Shown here one piece after another: positions 14,498-27,263 of a stretch of DNA of 64,000 bases (position 1 is the stretch's first letter; the number at the start of each line of letters is the position of its first letter). The notes under the pieces are model-generated. The model searched no databases and was not told the origin of the DNA. It saw only the letters and a list, made by a program, of their open reading frames with translations. The stretch comes from Marsupella aquatica (lineage: Eukaryota; Plantae; Marchantiophyta): NCBI GenBank assembly GCA_973895155.1, contig OZ316892.1, positions 25,257,233 through 25,321,232 on the forward strand, in the 5' to 3' direction. Made by a program: the position numbers and the translations under genes.

Positions 14498-14755
14498 GGC
14501 AGGCCTAACCACAAAACGATCAAAGTATTCAAACAATATATCGAGGTATGTGCTTGTATTGAAAGGACCCAAGGTTCCCATCCACCCAACGCAAACACAA
14601 AAAGGGAAATAATATGTTTAAAATATTGAATTTTAGTGGCAAAGGTTAATTTTATAGAGTGTGCATTTCACAGAGACAGTAATTCTCTCTATTTTACTTC
14701 CATTGTTTTACTCCGCATACATAGTAATATACCGGGTATATACTAAGTGGGACCC

Positions 14756-14798
14756 AACGAAGTGCAACTGCTCTACACGTGTCCAGTTGCACTTCGTT
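14756..14798. repeat. Perfect 15-bp inverted repeat (hairpin) with 13-nt loop
   Basis: AACGAAGTGCAACTG-ctctacacgtgtc-CAGTTGCACTTCGTT. Confidence 0.9.
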
Positions 14799-15965
14799 TA
14801 ACAACTGTACGGGTCCAAGCCCTCCCCAATACTTTTTCCTGGTATCCGGATTCCGGGAATGTCAAGTCTGAAGTCTGATATGTGTGTGCCAGGACGATAA
14901 ACAGTGATCAGTAAGTAAGTACAGTACCGCTCTTTCCACTTGGGCCTTCCCTCTAATTGGTGAAAACTAGAGGCAAGGCTCGTAAGCCTGTACCTCTCCC
15001 CAAGAGTCAAGTCAGGTGCCCAGCCATTTTTCGGGGTGTTTTAGACATTAGGGTGGCTACTATTTTGCCCGACAAGCACCGGTCTGGCTATGGAGTATTT
15101 AATTTCAATTATAGAGTACCTTATGAGTATTGCAAAGTATTCCCTTGCTAACACTCCCCATGGTGCATTAGGTGGTCGCCAATAAAACAGTAAATAAATA
15201 AATTGTAGTCACAATAACCATTAGCCTATTTTTTAGGTAAGCAATTTGCTAATTTTTGCCAACAAAAAAATGGCTGGAGTTGCCCCATGTACTGTATATG
15301 GTGAAGTGACACTTGCTGCCTGAAAAATGAGCTCAATTTTTGAGGTGCTATATATGATATGCTTTCATAAGAGGACCTAAATAAACTTAAAAGTCTTAGA
15401 GAATTTAATTTGAGATTTTTCATGAGTTATCCAAATCATGACTGTGAAATTCTCCATAACTGCCCCCATTACAAAAAGATAAAACAAGAAGGGCATGCTA
15501 TTACCCATAATGCTCCAGTCCTAGGATATTCTTACACTTGGTTCAGGTTATATGTATCATTATCACATTCACTATCAGAATTGATTAATAGAAATTATGA
15601 CAAAAAGCATCCCTAATACTCATCATTTTGACATACATAATATTTCATTCTCTTTCCATCCACAAGAATTTTGGTGGGGCCCTAGAAGAAGGGTCTAGAG
15701 GCTTTCGTTCTGGAAACCTAGACCCCAATTCTAGCTTCTCATTGCGATTATTTATATAGATGAGTGAAATCTAGGCTTGTTGATGTGGAGCATCTAAGAG
15801 ATAGAAAGAACTTAGTATGTGGACACTCAATATGGCCAACAGGCTTAGAGTTAAGTAAAGTTGTCATATATGTTCACATTAACATAGCTTTTGGAGAGCT
15901 TTTGGAGACATGAACCACATATCTCTTATGTCAATTACTTGTCTGTTTGTTGGATTTTGTGCATG

Positions 15966-16039
15966 TGCATGATATCTTTGAGTGACATTCATTTACTCAA
16001 CATGCATGATATCTTTAAGTGACATTCATTTACTCAACA
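15966..16039. repeat. Tandem duplication, 37-bp unit x2
   Basis: TGCATGATATCTTT(G/A)AGTGACATTCATTTACTCAACA twice. Confidence 0.9.
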
Positions 16040-19000
16040 AGCATCGCCAAAATTACAAACTAAGAGAAAATAATATGAGGGCATTAAGTCTTGTATTTTC
16101 TTTCTAGTTCTCATCAAAAGCCAGTACTGAAATGGGCCTCAGTGTCCGGGTCAGTGTCTAATATTAAAAAAAAGACAAATGTAGAATTGCCAAAAGTGTT
16201 GTTAACACTAGGATCTCTACCTGCCAAGTCAGTACTTGGCACCAACTTGGGGTCCCAGTTAGTTTTGGCTATTTCTTGTCAAAACCCGTAACCAAAATGG
16301 CCTCCTAGAAATACAAATGAAAATAGGACAGTCTATAATATAATTTGAGATTATAGAAGTCTACTATTCAAGAATTACTTTGTAGAGTGAAACCATAGGC
16401 TGTAGTTTCTCTGGTAAAATAAAATGTTGGCATTTGGATGCTTGTGAGTTGTCAGGTTGTACCTCTAGTATAAGTATATACTTACATAGTACCAGTTAGG
16501 CTTCAGAAGACTAGGATAGCATTTTTTAAGTTTTAGGTTTCCATAGACCATGGGAGGGGGTATAGCCAAAGGGAACACAAACTTGTACTCATTCTACTTT
16601 AGGAGAGGGAATGAGAGTGTGAGAGGAGGAGCTCTAGCATGTCCAACTATGGCAAGGTTTAATTGGTTTATAGTAGATAGTGGATTTCTTTCATGGCCAT
16701 GGACATAACCCAGACGGGGTGAACCACATACTTTCAGAGTCATTATATGACTTTTGTTCACATACAGTGTTGACAGTGTCTCATTCAGCCAACATTCCAT
16801 CCCAACATGAGTAAGGGTGGCATAAGGGTTCGGGTATCAGGGGCCTTTCTTGTGCATTGACACAGGTATTGTTTAATTTTGTAAAACAAATTGCCCACTA
16901 CTGTGAAGAAGCTTGCCTCTCATTCTACTTTGGCCAAAAGCTACCGCCAAAGGAATTAATTATTGAATGCCACCTCATTCATGTATACATGGAGAGCTAA
17001 AGCAAACATGTGTTGCCCCAAAGTTCCAAATATGTTTTAAGGGTACAAAGGTTCTCAGATTGGGTTTGATCTACATGGTATGGTATGAGGTTTGCTTCAT
17101 GTGAGGCCCCTTGGATCTCTAGCTATGCACAAAACAAACATTTAAACAAAGTGGCTTCAAAGTCCTCTAGCTTCTCCAGCAAAGCTTCAAGGTACAACTT
17201 GGAAACAAAATAGTTTTATTTCACTTAGGTCCACCTGCCCTGACTTTGCCAAAACCCACCACCAAAGTGGACCTGGCTATAAATAAATACATGGAAAACA
17301 TTAGAACCAGGTTTAGAATCATCTAAAAAGTTGCTAAAAAATACATATCAACCACCAAAGAACAAAAAGCGCCCATCCAGGGGACACAATCCCAAAGGTG
17401 AAAGACTTGATCAAGGGGCAGCAAACAAGCCCAAACGCTTGAAAAGCCAAGACAAAATGGCAACACAAAAGGGACTCTAAAACCTAAAAGCCTTTCCCAC
17501 CGCAAACCAAAGAACCTGGTAGAGCTCGAGGGGGAGTTGCATATAAGGGTCAAAGCAAGGTGACCTCACTAGAAGCCCTAAACCAATTGCTCCACCCCTA
17601 CAAAGAATAATGAATGCCTGGGCCCATAAGAACTTGTTCTTTGATCTATATTTTCTACAATATGTTTTATTGCGAAAATTCTACAGAACTGTATGAAATG
17701 CCTAGCTTCTGGTCACTTGGACGAGAGGATGGGAGCATCAGACTCATCATTGGCCTCATGGAACCCACACGCTGGGAGCCACTGCCTCCTCATTTCCCTC
17801 TCCGTCTCATTCTAGACTGGAGAGATGGCATATATTCAACATTCATTCGAAGTACAGTAATCCAGATGAATTCAACTTTGGCACTTCTCATACCTGAATT
17901 GTAGTCCGCAAAATTTAGGCAAATCTTTGAATCTTCGTTGTGTATGAATTGCTACTGCGCCCCGAGCAATGTAGCGAGCACTGCGACGCTTCCATCAACA
18001 AACAATCAATCGATGAATTGATCCCAGCCTTTTTTCCTTGAAAGGAGCTTCTCTGAGAATGAAATTGGAGGTGGCCACGAATTTTTTAGGTTCTGAATTG
18101 TAGTCTGCAAATTTTAGGCAAGGTTTTGCATCTTAGTTGTGGATGAATTTCTTAGCTCCTGACCGGACCGAAACAGATATTCATTTGTGACCAATGCGAT
18201 GAGGTTTGAGCCAGATGTTTCAAGGTCGGAGTCTTGCATTGGCAGCATCAGACTAAAAATCAACAGCCCGCTCCATTGCTGACGCCTGCAGAATAAGTTT
18301 GATGCATGTAATATTCTACGGGAAATATACTTCTGAGCTGGAATATTTTCCTCGCGCAGAATCTTGTTCACAGAATTTTGGTCTGTTATCGCAAAATGGA
18401 CAAGTACTGTGTGTCATTTCCGTCAATCACAGAATTACGATTTGTCTGGTAAGTGAACGCAAATCGCGTCATGACTTTTCTTTCTCTCTGTCATTTCTGG
18501 TGCAATTTTGGAAGTTCTTCAATCACAACATGACGATATGTTTGGTAATCAGTGAGCGAAATCCTTTGAGCTTTTTTATTAAGCTGATTTAGAATTCTTC
18601 GTAGGCCTGCCGAAGGAAAAGCTCGTCGTTTCGCCTACGTTACGATCCCTCGCCTCGTGACAGAGTCCTCGACACGTGTATGTTTAACCCTGCACCACGT
18701 CTCCGGACTGACCGAAATTTGGGAGAGATGGAAACCCGCGAAGGACTACACTCTATCTAGCTGTGTCCCATGCTCCATGAACGGCTCCCTGTGAATGTGC
18801 CCCTGCATATTGGTGGAGATGCTGCTTGGGTCCACGATCTCGATGATAAATTGTGGTTAACGTGTGACACTTGGGCCGTTCCCGTTCACATCAACTCAAT
18901 CCCGATCTAGCACACTTTATAGTATTTCATGATGATCACTGTTGATCTACAGTTGAATACTCTAAAAGCGCTCTATAGGAAAAGTATTCCTTGCTACTAG

Positions 19001-19267
19001 TTCTTGTAAAGGCTCCCACCAGAGGGTAGTTTGCTGAGTCGGAGGTCCCGCGGGTTCACATCAAGCCATCCCATCTGACATCTTTATCATATTTTCATGA
19101 CCACTGTTGATGTACACTTGAATAGTAATTGCCATCTGAGGTTGATGAGGAGTTGAAGGTACATTGCATTGGGGTTCAGGAGGATGATCACGCACGATAG
19201 TTATCCTCTGTTGTACTATCCTGGAAGAGATGACTAGAAGGCAATAAGATCCGGCAGAGTCGACCTC

Positions 19268-19394
19268 AGACGGATTTGACTCAAGCTGCAAACACGCTTT
19301 CGACTTTGATTTCACTGGAGCACAGGAAGGGAGACGGATTTGACCCAAGCTGTGAACACGCTTTCGACTTTGATTCAACGGGAGCACAGGAAGG
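19268..19394. repeat. Tandem duplication, ~64-bp unit x2
   Basis: GACGGATTTGAC.CAAGCTG..AACACGCTTTCGACTTTGATT..AC.GGAGCACAGGAAGG twice. Confidence 0.85.
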
Positions 19395-20827
19395 CAGGTA
19401 GACGAAGGAACTCCAGTGATGACGACTAGATGATGATATTATGACTGATGCTCATCGCAAGAGAAAATGTTAGTATTTCTAAGGCACAACATTTTTGCTT
19501 GGCAAGAGAGAATAGCTTGGAATAGCTGCGCACATCATCGAAGCAAAAGAAATGATACCCCCCTCACCAAGCTTGTCTCACGGAGTGGTTGTTAGAATCT
19601 CTAAGTTTAGGCCTAACGAGCAAAGAATTCATTTTCATGCTTTATGATGAGTAGGAATATGAAACGGAATGCGAATTTACCATCAAGGTAACAACACAAA
19701 GCTGAATTGCAAATTCTTATTTGAACTCACGAAGCTGAAGCCTAAATACTTGGAAGGAATTTGCTTTCAAGTATATTGGAAGGAATTTGCTTTCAAGCTT
19801 TCAGTAGGAGTATTTCCAGGAGTACATTCGCGAAGGAATTTGCCATCGAGGTAGCAACACACTGCATTGAGAATTCTTACGTGATCTCCCGAAGCTCTCA
19901 CTTTTGAAAGGGACTCCCATACCTAGATCCAAAACGAGAATTTATAGAATCCCAGTGCCTCTATGTCAGTAGAATTTACAAATTTACACCCTGGTTGCAA
20001 TAATCTCATACACCGATTGTTTGCTTAGTACATACCAAGAATAATATCTTACCAAAGAGAAAAGCGAACAATCTGTTCCAGGGTCTGTCACGTAGACCTC
20101 TCTAAAATTAAATGTCAACAATTTCTGCTCACTAGAAAATCGTCGTGTGTCACTCGAACAAGCCAGAAATGAGGCTCTGACTGCACTTGGCCATGTTTCC
20201 TGTACTTAAATACAGCTTGGTAACAAGCGGACACTCAAAACGAGTCCAAAAAAGTAGTGCCCGCTGGCTATTTACCGGTTAATCATTTATGGAAACAGAG
20301 TTATCTTTCAACGGTACCACAGTGCCTTCCGTATGGTTTACCCAACTTGTAAGCATCCTTCAAGATGAAACCTGAAGTTGATAGACGTTTCCAGCGCAGC
20401 ACTCAGTGGACACTCCTTCACGCGCCGTGAGAAAAGCTTATAAATGTACAGTGTATAAAAAAGAATCCCTCGCTAGGATTTGGACATGGGCAGCGTCCAA
20501 TGCTTTTATATCTCCAAACTTTGAAGTACCTACCCGCCACGATGGCAGGTTCCCGAAATCACTCCTGCTCAGAGGATAAATGAAGGTCACAGCACACGAC
20601 CGTCCACACCGGAACTGGCAGATATTTCACTTTGAAGAGGTCAAATGCGCGGTTAAATTTTGTAAAGACAAACTGTGTACCACGTCACCTCGAGAACGCT
20701 GGATAAAATCGGGGACGGTGTTATGGACGTAATGGAATTAGTTTCCCCATTAGATGATAATAGCTTCCCATTATACCACGAGGAAATTGAAGGACCCTTC
20801 CTTAGAGTCGGTGTTTGCAGATTGAGC

Positions 20828-23800
20828 CTAGATATCATGAAATGAATGCCGATGGGGAAATAGGGAATCATTAGAATCTGATGAAAATTCTTCCGCTTCT
20901 CCGGCTAGCCTGTCGTCAAGATGGGCCACGTCCTGGAGGGTGAGATGATGATACTCCACCACCTCGTGCAAAAGTTGATTCTCTCGTTGTAAACTGGCAT
21001 TTTCCTGTGCAAGCCGTTGCTTTTCTGCAAGTAAGCTCTCTAATTGTTGTCTCACCTGCACGAGATAAATTGAAACTCATCAAAAGGAGTAACACCCGGA
21101 AAACTCCAGGCATGTAGCAAATTTGATATTGTAATTTTGCGTGTACTCGTAGATAGGTGCTGTCCAGTATCGTTTTCCTAGCAAATGTTTTAAAGAGTCC
21201 TTCAGACATTTACTTCAACCACACCTACCCATATAAAAGCCCCATTCCTTGCTTCGTTACTGCTCATTCCTGTCCTGTGATGAACAGTGTACTCGCCATA
21301 AAAGGTGGAGCCCAAGTCCATTCCTAGTGAAACGGAATTTGTGCACTTATAATGCGAGCTACGGGTACAGGTACAGGCGTAGCTCTCATCTAGGTAGTTG
21401 TGGTTTAAGGACGGTACCACAAGAAAATATTGGCGAGTGATGAAACTTACGAAATCGTCGCCTTGATAGGCACCTTCTCGTAATTGCCTATTGTCCTCCT
21501 CGAGCTGTGCACACCGATTTTTCATAAATGTTTGTTCTGCTTTCACTGTCTTCAATTCTCGTAACAGTCCTTTAGCTTTAGAGGCCATGGCCATGGCAAC
21601 CTGTAGTGGACATCACAAGGTCGATCACAGTTAATTTATTGAACCCATTTGTACTCGACCATTTTATCGACAAATCGGTTCTATAAAGGATCTGTGTCTC
21701 AAAGCAGTCCGTCGGTGTCCTCATGCATCCTTCAACATTCACATCTATCTTTCTAACCGATTCAGACCTACGTTTTGATGTGACAGTTGGAGAATCAAAA
21801 CTATGCAATGGTTGAGCACTCAAATTCAAATAGACGTGGCCAGAGTTTGGCGGCTTACATCACGCGAAGCTTTAAGCTGCACATCGGCCGGGGTACTGTC
21901 TCCAGCATTTACAACTGTTTGCCTTGCTTGGACGTCTTCAACTTTTTTCCAAATCGAAGAGCTTCTTTGAAGCGATTTACTTACTTCAGGTGATGCAGTC
22001 TTGACTGGAGACGGTTTTCCATCAATCAAATGGAACCCTTCCTGTAAGATCAATCAGAAAGAGACAATGAGCACCTCATGGAATTTTGACTACTGCCAAG
22101 TATGCTCGCCGTCACAAACCTAGGCAGATGCGGAATCTGCAATATAAAACAATTTCTTTGAATTTTAGAAAAACACCCACCATCAGAGCAAAAGAATTTC
22201 TGTGCTAAAGCTAGAAGTACCTCGATGGCACTGCCAAGAGTATCACCAATGAGCGAGAAGGAGGAAGCGATGGCGTCCAAGCCCTTCTGTAAAGGCCTTC
22301 CCATATTTCCTTGCTTTGCCGGGGATGTAGTCTGCTTCAAGACTGTAGGCTGAGACCACCAGAAAATGCCTATCAGTGATTGTAACCTTCAAAATTGTGA
22401 CCTAAAGCTCGGAGCTCGTACAATGACAAACCACCGGATAATTACATGTTACTTTACAGATCTATGCGTTATCTAATGAAGCTCCGAGCTTGACTTATAG
22501 AGAATTGCAGTATTTCACGATCATGAAACAATGGCTGCTGTTTTCTGACCCCTGAATAAAAAGCAGGCAATTGGACCTGTTCTTTAGGAGGCTCTGATCT
22601 CGTCCTCGCCGACGATGAATCACTCACTGCAAGACTGCCATCTTCCACAAGAACTGATTTGGCCTTCTGAGCTAAAATACTCCAAAAGCTCGGCTCTGAT
22701 CTACCTGCTTCTGGATGAACTACGCCTGCCATTCTCTGCGAGTACTGTGAACAACGAGAGGTTGTGTTCAGCGCAGAGACCGGTAGATAGAAAGAAAGCC
22801 AAGAACAAACCAAATACACCGGTTTTCTCTCGAACTTCACTTTACTCTCACGTATACTAGTAATCTCTGTCCATGGACCCCGTGAAGGCTAGTGAGCTTC
22901 GAAAAGAAACCATTACTTCTTTCTCTACACCTGAATTCCATCCATCCTGTTATTGAACGTTCCCGTTCTGCTTTGTCCCATATCCCAGAATAGGATATGA
23001 ATGTTGAATGCCATCCATCAATTCATTTGACGTTGTTTCATTGGGAGTTGTATGCTATTTTTGATCTAGTTGATGACGGGTTTACGGTGTCGACACAGTT
23101 CTGCTGCTAAACGAAGTGTATGGCAAATTAAAAATTCAACATCGAAAAGGTCACCAACATCGTATGGCCAGCCAAGAGACAGGTTGTCCTCCATAGATTA
23201 TAGAACAGAACATGCACAATCTATTCAATTAATCCCACTCTAAGAACAGACTATAATTTTCCATTTACAACTTCGAGCACAGAAGCGGAAACCGGTAGCC
23301 AAACCCTTCTCAACCCTGCAATTGCCGAAGCCGCTAGCTTATACGACCAGAGATCAAAGAGACTCGATCAGTTCAGGTTGCCAGACAGAGGGGGGTCGAC
23401 AAGGATAGTTCCTTCCCTCTAGTCTGAACAAAGATTCTACAGCAAACGGCTATGTATCCAATCTCCAAACGAAACTACCGTTTGTCTCGAATCAATAAGA
23501 AAACAACGTCATCGCCCAATTGACCTCTGTTCTCATTGACCCATTCATGAACTCATGGCTTGCCATGTGCGTAGCTTCATATCTTTGCTCACCAGCTCAA
23601 TATGTCGAGAGACTCCGAACGCAGTTTCTTCTTATCTCCAATCGAGATAATAAAATGCGAGGGATGTAGAAAACTTCCCCAATTTGCCCAATTTCCAAAA
23701 CTTCCCGAAATGTATTGCGCGGTTAGAGAGTGAATCTCGGCACCTCTTACTCCCGGCCAAATTCTAACTTTCAACAGACTGTAAACCCACTCCAAGTTCC

Positions 23801-24074
23801 TAAACCGTCATAGCTGCATCTCAAATCAGACACACGAGAAGGAAAAAGTGTACCGTAGAGCAAATTCCAATCCTTCCAAGTTGTAGCTCCCATCACTACA
23901 CGGAAACAGGAGAATAAAATGGAAACCAAAAACAATCGGACTTCTTGAATTCTCGTAGCCTCCGTCTCAAACCGTAAGCAGGGGACAATAATGCATGACC
24001 TCGGGACCACTTACATCTCTTAATAGTACTGTGCGAGGGTGCTGCTGCTGCTCCACTACAGTGTATGAGGACAT
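20828..24074 (-). CDS. Conserved land-plant coiled-coil protein of unknown function, 6 exons, ~305 aa
   Basis: Exons 24074-24015, 22744-22577, 22349-22221, 22041-21859, 21600-21451, 21055-20828 join in phase 0 with GT-AG borders (918 nt). Motifs [91 protein letters not shown] match a conserved plant family as I recall it. The first exon is the least certain. Confidence 0.88.
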
Positions 24075-25651
24075 GACTAGTGCTTTGGACGCAGGTTCCT
24101 TGGTCAGGCCGCCACTCAAGAGGTCCTCCTCCTTGCCTTCCTTTCTCTTCGGCAACGGCGGAAGAGTTGGACCACAACTAAAACCGGCCCGCCCTTCTGG
24201 CCTTTCGTTTCGAGACTGATAGCTTTTACAAAAGCACTCTACTAACACCACGAAATTGCTTTAGCAGCAATCAGATTACATTCTCCGCAGTTTGCTTGCA
24301 GCAGCCTTGTTCCTGGGATCGACGGAACCTCCAAATGAGCACTTCCTGCGTAAAAACTTCCGTCACTATTCTCCTTTTCAGAAGATAACGCAACTATCCG
24401 TCGAGCTCATGAATACATACCATCTTCCAATTACTCCCCCAATGACTTCCATTCCTTCCCTTGTCACAACTTGATGCCCTCCCCCCTGACCTCTTCTGCC
24501 CTTCTTCGAGTACTGTAACTCAGAAGGCCCTCTACTGCAGTGATTATGCTATTTATTAGCCATCTAACTATCATTCTCCTAGGTGGACGGTAGACAATCT
24601 ACTGTACCTTCTTGGTGACACTTTCCCTCTCCAGATTGTGGAACAAAAAATGGCCTAATTATTGTCGGCGCTTCTCTTCTCGTCAGGCGTTTCCTCTCGT
24701 CTGCTCCATTTGCGGTACAAGAAAGTCCGGCGTGATTCTGCCCGTTGGGTGAATCACGCCAGTACCATAGTCAGAACCAAACAATGCTCACACTCCTCAG
24801 TGGGAGAATGATCTGGGCCGTGAATGATGGATTCAACAATGATGCGAACGTTGCGGCTTTATAAATGGGGGAGAAGCCAAAAATGATGAATAGAAAAAGG
24901 AATCATTATCGGGCGCTTCTCCGCAAAATCATTTGCGCAAATCGATCGATATCAATTCATCGATGCATTCCAGGGGAGGGAAAATTGTGCACTCTCTTTA
25001 TTGCGCAGGAAAGTGCTCATTTCAACGGAAAAAGATTACGACAGCATTACTTGTTTCGCGATTCCGCAATTATGTTCCGTAGCCTGTACCTGTCCCTTTG
25101 TCCCGCGGGACCTAGTCACCGGATGACCCGGCCTTGGGAGCCGGGCCTTTGGGAGTAGGGCCGGTCGGAAAGACGAAACGAGTCGGACTGACAATTCGCA
25201 GGCGAGGGCTTGGGTTTCGCACCGGGTTCTGGGAGTAGGGACGGTCGGGGAGTCGAACTTACCGGCCTGGAAAGGCACGTTAGGGCGGGCCGGTTGGGGC
25301 GCAGGTGGGGCCGTAGGTGCGATTATTCTTCCCTAACAAGGATGGGGCCACCAGTTAGTACTCGATGAATGTACGGCTAGATTTTCCTCTGGGATGTGAG
25401 TACTCCATATAAGCCGTCGATCTAAATGTAAAAGAAGGCATGGTGGATGGGACAATGTCGCTGACCAGTTGTGGTACAGGCTCCTCAACGGGACCACCGG
25501 CCGTCAGATTGGTGCCAAGGCCAACGTCTTTCTGAAGAGAGCCCTCCTTTTATCATGACATGGTGTCAGATGGACCACAAATGTGTAACCATACAACTTG
25601 GATGTACTAGAGAATCTACTTTTGAACCCAAAAGCATGACCATTGATAGAA

Positions 25652-25730
25652 ATGAATTAGTTCATGGACCCCTTCTAATTTGAATTAGTTCGTGGACCCC
25701 TTCTAATTTGAATTAGTTCATGGACCCCTA
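25652..25730. repeat. Tandem repeat, 29-bp unit x~2.7
   Basis: TGAATTAGTTC(A/G)TGGACCCCTTCTAATT repeated. The core motif recurs inverted at ~28421-28435 and direct at ~28905-28922. Confidence 0.85.
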
Positions 25731-27090
25731 TCTTCTCCATTACACTTCCCGATTCCTTACCACCCATTCACATTATCTATCAGTTTTCAATCCAATTCTT
25801 TTCATCACAGAAGTCACATTCAATCGTTTCTCTCCTGAACTTCAACAAATGCATTCCCGCTACTGTCTCCCAAACAGCTCTAATTGTCACCTGAACTTTT
25901 CAATCTTTTTCGCCTTTCAGCAGCCAAACCTACTCCTCTGCCCCAAGTTCCTCATCTCTTAGTTTCCGTTCCTTCTTCCTCACAATAACCACATTGACCT
26001 CTCACCCCGGAACTCCCGGATGATTTCATCAAAATCCTTTATCCATATCTGAACGTCTCTTTAAACACAATCCTTTTTACCACAGCCTCTTGCAAACGCG
26101 CCTCTTGGGGGTCGATGCATTTGACAGAGTCGTTGCTTCTGTTCGCTCCAATAATGATCCGCGTCCTTATCAAGTGATCTCTCAAATCAGCTTCACTTCT
26201 AATATTTTCAATTTGATCATGAAAAGGCATTGATTGTGCTCGTAGAAACTTGTATAGCCCTGCTCTATCAATTGCTAGATAGTATTTCTTACTGCCAAAT
26301 CAAGCCGAGCTCTGTCTGGTGCAATGGAGCATTGGGTCAGCTCTTCCCTTTCAAAAACCAGATATGGAGATACAATTTGAAGTCCTACATGCAGACTGGT
26401 CTTTGATTTCAAGTTGCCTCCTTTATGAACTCCTGAAATACGAGCCTATGTAATAGATTGGATCTATAAGAACCCACAAGAGCGATGGTGCAGTCAATGT
26501 GCTCGTTTTGTCCTTATGAAATTGTGATGTTCTTTCGTTTGTTACCAATTTGGATCTCCACTCCAAGAGACGCTCACTAAGCTGCATCAAGTTGTGGAGC
26601 AATGTTTGGTATTTCCTGCTCAATAATTGCCTACTTCACAAGCTGAATCCATTCTTCATATAATTCTTCTGTCCACGAGCACGACACGAGGAAACGACAA
26701 TGCCGGAAGACAGATTGCTAGAGAAGGAGTGCTAGACAAAAATGACCTTCTGGCGCTGCAGAAACAAGATTCAACTGCCATGCTCAAGATTCTTAATTGC
26801 CATTGTAATTAGTGTTGCTTCATTACTTTAATTACAATTGAATTACAATTCAAAAAAAAGGGTGGGCAGTTGGTTAAGCGGGGTAATAAAACTGAGTTGA
26901 AAGCCTACTCGGGGTAAATAAAATAGTTATTTTTTATAACTTTTTATATCAAGGTTTTTTTTGTTTTTTTTGTTTACATCAAGGTTTACGGCATGGGGTC
27001 CTCAATTTTACCAAAATCTTGCTGCAAACACGAATGTTGGCATAATTTCATTGTGGAAACCAATCCGTTCCTACTTGCAGCGTGCCATGA

Positions 27091-27263
27091 TGACATGGCA
27101 TGCTGTGGAGTCAAGAATTTTGGAAGGGACCTCTAGTGGGGTCCGTAAATAATGATGCTCCCATGGACCATAAGGTTGGTCTTTGCTAACCCCCATGGAC
27201 CATATTTACGGACCCCACCAGAGGTCCCTTCCAAAATTCCTGGCACCACAGCGTGCCACGTCA
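27091..27263. repeat. ~61-bp imperfect inverted repeat with ~51-nt spacer (fold-back/MITE-like)
   Basis: Arm 27091-27151 TGACATGGCATGCTGTGG..AATTTTGGAAGGGACCTCTAGTGGGGTCCGTAAATA pairs with arm 27203-27263 TATTTACGGACCCCACCAGAGGTCCCTTCCAAAATT..CCACAGCGTGCCACGTCA. Confidence 0.85.

Noticed and set aside
25200-25320. tRNA/SINE suggested by B-box-like GTTCGACTCCCC on the minus strand
   Set aside because: No A-box at the right spacing, no cloverleaf, no tail and no TSD.
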